From positions 7,502,001 to 7,566,000 of the forward strand of contig OZ024742.1 in the NCBI GenBank assembly GCA_964016885.1: a stretch of 64,000 nucleotides of DNA, read 5' to 3'. The notes beneath the pieces were generated by a model. It had not been told where the DNA came from. It did no database searches and worked only from the letters and a program-made list of their open reading frames with translations. The stretch's first letter is position 1. Every line of letters begins with the position of its first letter. This document shows, piece after piece, positions 60,165 through 64,000 of the stretch. The DNA is from Eledone cirrhosa. Its lineage: Eukaryota. Position numbers and translations under genes: made by a program.

Positions 60165-60701
60165 ATGGTGGCTGCCAACTCGTTTTCGAGTACGGCCACT
60201 ACTTTATATCCATGTAGGAGAACCCCCACCGATACGCTGAACAAGTGTGACTTTTTAGTCCAGCCAGCGACTTGAAAACTCTGGTACAAACACTACAATT
60301 GTGACAATTATTGACACATAGTGCTGGGCCCTTGGTACCATGTGACGACAAGTGCAGAGAGATCTCCAGATATAAAGCAATGCCTGTGCCGTGAAGCTTT
60401 TATAGTGAGCAAAGGCACTGCACAAAGCCAGTCCCACTCTCTTAACCAAGATGATATTTACCAAAAAGAAGAACAAGTCAACATCATTGGATACCATCAG
60501 GGTTGCAGGTGTTATATCAGAGTTTTCCTTCTCCTAGAATTCTACATACATGGTGGCTGCCAACGCGTTTTCGAGTACGGCCACTACTTTATAACCAAGT
60601 AGGAGAACCCCTACCGATGCGCTGAACGAGTGTGACTTTTTAGTCCAGCCAGCGACTTAAAAATTCTGGTACAAACCCTACACCTGTGACAATTATTGAC
60701 A
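60165..60701 (-). mobile_element. Non-autonomous RTE-derived element, copies 5 (60165-60543) and 6 (60550-60701), both 5' truncated
   Basis: Both retain the same 3' end, as expected for target-primed reverse transcription. Confidence 0.85.
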
Positions 60702-61132
60702 TACATATATACATACATACATATATACCTACCTACATATATACCTACATAGTTATATACCTACATACATATATACCTACATACATATACCTACATACAT
60801 ATATACCTACATACATATATACCTACCTACATACATATATACCTACATACATATATACCTACATACATATATACCTACATAAATATATACCTAAATACAT
60901 ATATACCTAAATACATATATACCTACCTACATACATATATACCTACATACATATATACTTACATATATATATACCTACCTACATATATACCTACATACAT
61001 ATATACCTACATACATATATACCTACATACATATATACCTACATACATATATACCTACATACATATATACATACATACATATATACATACATACATATAT
61101 ACCTACATACATATATACCTACATACATATAT

Positions 61133-61995
61133 AATTGACCAATTTACAGAAAAAGTTGTGCATGGATACTTGAGGCGTAAAACACAGACCATAGAGGGGA
61201 TAAACCACTCAAAAAGCCTGGCATGGAGTTCCGACAAGTTTATGACATCACACCTTGAGGGATATCTCTATGCAATACAGGAACAAGAACTCCCTACCAA
61301 ATATCTGCTGCACAAAAGAGGAGGGCCAGCAGCTGACAATAAATGTAGGCTATGTAAAACAAAGATCGAGGATGTAAGCTACATTGTTGCCAGCTGCGAA
61401 AGAATGTCATCTCGCTACTACCTCCCCATGAGACACGATGGGATAGCTAGAACCATCTGGAACGCACTTCGGAAAACAAAATCAACAACAAACGAGGAAG
61501 AATATATTGAGACAGATGGCACTAAGGAATACTGGTGGAACCTGAAAATAAAAACTGCCACCAAATTAAAGCACAACCGGCCTGATATTGTAGTTTGGGA
61601 CCACACATTGAAAACGTGTTCTGTTGTGGAGATCAGCTGCCCACTTGATGTAAACGTTGTCAGAAAAATACAGGAGAAGGAGGACATCTACGGACCATTG
61701 ATGAGGAGTTTACAAATCCAGTATCCAAGATACACCTTTAGCTTCATACCCATCATTATTGGTGCTACGGGTTATATACCAACCCGCTTGGACCAAAGTA
61801 TGACTGAACTTGGATTTGCGGACAAAAAGCGCAGCTCCCTAATTCATAGTCTACAAATGGCTGCGATAGCTGGCACCTTCAAAATTTGCAAAACATTCTT
61901 GCGATTCAAGGGATGACAATTTCTTTTCTTTTACAACCTTGCCACCAGGAAGGTGGCCGGTCAAAAAATATACTCAAAATTAAGAGAAAGAGAAA
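61133..61995 (+). mobile_element. 3' fragment of an R4/Dong-type non-LTR retrotransposon (zinc knuckle plus restriction-like endonuclease), ORF 61158-61916
   Basis: AIQEQ, CRLC...IVASC (knuckle H replaced by Y), RHD, HNRPDIVV, VEISCP, EKEDIY, PIIIGATG. Confidence 0.88.
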
Positions 61996-62128
61996 ACATA
62001 TACTTACATATATATATACCTACCTACATATATACCTACATACATATATACCTACATACATATATACCTACATACATATATACCTACATATATATATACC
62101 TACCTACATATATACATACATACATACA

Positions 62129-62162
<34 letters not shown>

Positions 62163-62171
62163 CCTACATAC

Positions 62172-62757
62172 ATGGTGGCTGCCAACTCGTTTTCGAGTAC
62201 GGCCACTACTTTATATCCATGTAGGAGAACACCCACCGATGCGCTGAACGAGTGTGACTTTTTAGTCCAGCCAGCGACTTGAAAACTCTGGTACAAACAC
62301 TACACTTGTGACAATTATTGACACATAGTGCTTTGCCTTTGGTACCATGTGACGACAAGTGCAGAGAGATCTCCAGATATAAAACAATGCCTGTGCCGTG
62401 AAGCTTTTATAGTGAGCAAAGGCACTGCACAAAGCCAGTCCCACTCTCTTAACCAATATGATATTTACCAAAAAGAAGAACAAGTCAACATCATTGGATA
62501 CCATCAGGGTTGCAGGTGTTATATCAGAGTTTTCCTTCTCCTAGAATTCTGCCTTGACAAAGGCTAAGGGGTCATCTCGCCCGGTGATTTTGGATGGCCA
62601 TTGACTCTTAAGAGCTCCTTTGCCCTTTGACAGGTTTTGTTTTTAGTCCTGCACGATGTCCAAAGTCACCCTCCTCACCAAGAAACCTTGGTGGGATTGT
62701 CAGTTTATTCGCCAACGACCCGACCATGAGACAGGTTGTACTGGGATACAGGTTACC
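62172..62757 (-). mobile_element. Non-autonomous RTE-derived element, copy 7
   Basis: Same repeat. Confidence 0.85.
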
Positions 62758-63455
62758 CACATACATACATACCTACATATATATATACCTACCTACATAT
62801 ATACCTACATACATATATACCTACATACATATATACCTACATACATATACCTAAATACATATATACCTACATACATATATACCTACATACATATATACCT
62901 ACATACATATATACCTACATACTTATATACCTACATACATATATTCTACATACATATACCTACATACATATATACCTACATACATATATACCTACCTACA
63001 TACATATATACCTACATACATATATACCTACATACATATAGACCTACATACATATATACCTACATACATATATACCTACATATACATACACATATTCCTA
63101 CATACGCCAGGCTAATTCCTGTCTAGAAAGAATGAAAGTTAATATAAGAAAAAATAAAAGGAAGTCAACGGGAAGAACTCCAGAGACAAAGGAAGTAACA
63201 AAAGCTGGTTGAAGCAGTAGATCAAAACATTGTTGCATGCTATTGGCCTGTGTGTCAGCAATTAAGAGAGTGAAAAGATTGTCATTATTGGACGACTTAA
63301 AGAAGCTAAGATTATTCACAAGACTTTTAGTGTTGCCATGAAGTGTCTTTATATTTATCACCATAAACCTTTCTCTCCCTCTCACACTCTATTTCTTCTA
63401 TTATTTCTTAGTCTTTATATTTATGAGTCTCATTGTTATGTATGTAATATATATA

Positions 63456-63625
63456 TAGGAAAAAGTATGACCTCGACGGCAGAGCTCAAGCCGTTTCGAC
63501 GGCCATTTCTGGACCAGAAATAGCCGTCGGGGTCATACTTTTTCTTATTACCACTCTACTACTCTAAGTATTGAGTACTCTGGTGCGTTATGGTCCATCT
63601 GGTTCCTTACCACATTTCCTTTGTC

Positions 63626-63626
<1 letters not shown>
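63456..63626. mobile_element. Short hairpin element, copy 3 (diverged)
   Basis: Homologous to the 12163 and 37669 copies. Confidence 0.75.
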
Positions 63627-63656
<30 letters not shown>

Positions 63657-63813
63657 AAAGAATAGAGGTGTAACACACAAGTTATTATATATTGGTAAAC
63701 GGAATAGAAAATGCTGACAAATTGTTCACAGTTGAAAAATGGTTTAATTAGGAATAAAAGAGTATTAGTGATTGTATGGGTTAGTATTCAGTTGTGGTTT
63801 TAAGTTTTTAAGT

Positions 63814-63850
63814 TTTTACCGGTTGCGCATTTCTAAATGCTTTTCAAAAA
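63814..63850 (-). ncRNA. Second U3-A8 HHR-like motif
   Basis: TTT-TTGAAAA-GCATT tag AATGC-GCAA-CCGG-T-A-AAA (A13 to C). Confidence 0.5.
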
Positions 63851-64000
63851 TAATTTTGAGATAGAGTGTCCGTGCTGTTTGCTCTGATCTGATTAGTTTT
63901 GGGAATTCTACCTGTTTTTATGTTAAAATGTTAAAAAAGTGGCTCCAGCAAAAATTATTGGTCAAAACAATTTTGATTGGTCGGTAGAGGTCATGTGGAT

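Larger units (their letters stand above)
59760..63105. repeat. (ACCTACATACATATAT)n 16-bp-like minisatellite field hosting nested insertions
   Basis: Blocks at 59760-60164, 60702-61132, 61996-62171 and 62758-63105. Confidence 0.9.

Overview
Repeat-saturated eukaryotic DNA, most likely from an octopod cephalopod (inferred from the SINE families and the microsatellite load). No host protein-coding gene can be supported; almost every long ORF in the track is a translation of simple repeats. Real content: a 7.6 kb 21-bp satellite with higher-order structure, several Penelope-like (PLE, Neptune-type RT plus GIY-YIG) retroelement fragments, a decayed RTE LINE with seven copies of a related non-autonomous element, an R4/Dong-type fragment, tRNA-SINEs, and a non-autonomous Helitron. 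The main unannotated signal is roughly 25 hammerhead-ribozyme (HHR) motifs from many distinct sequence families. Most have palindromic stem III and sit in head-to-head fold-back inserts bounded by (TA)n. Two of these inserts are non-coding multimers with one ribozyme per unit (522-nt unit at 51.5-53.7 kb, 1308-nt unit at 39.2-41.4 kb), i.e. candidate retrozymes / circular-RNA-derived elements likely mobilised by PLE machinery. Coordinates and folds were read by eye (expect errors of a few nt); no searches or folding programs were run.
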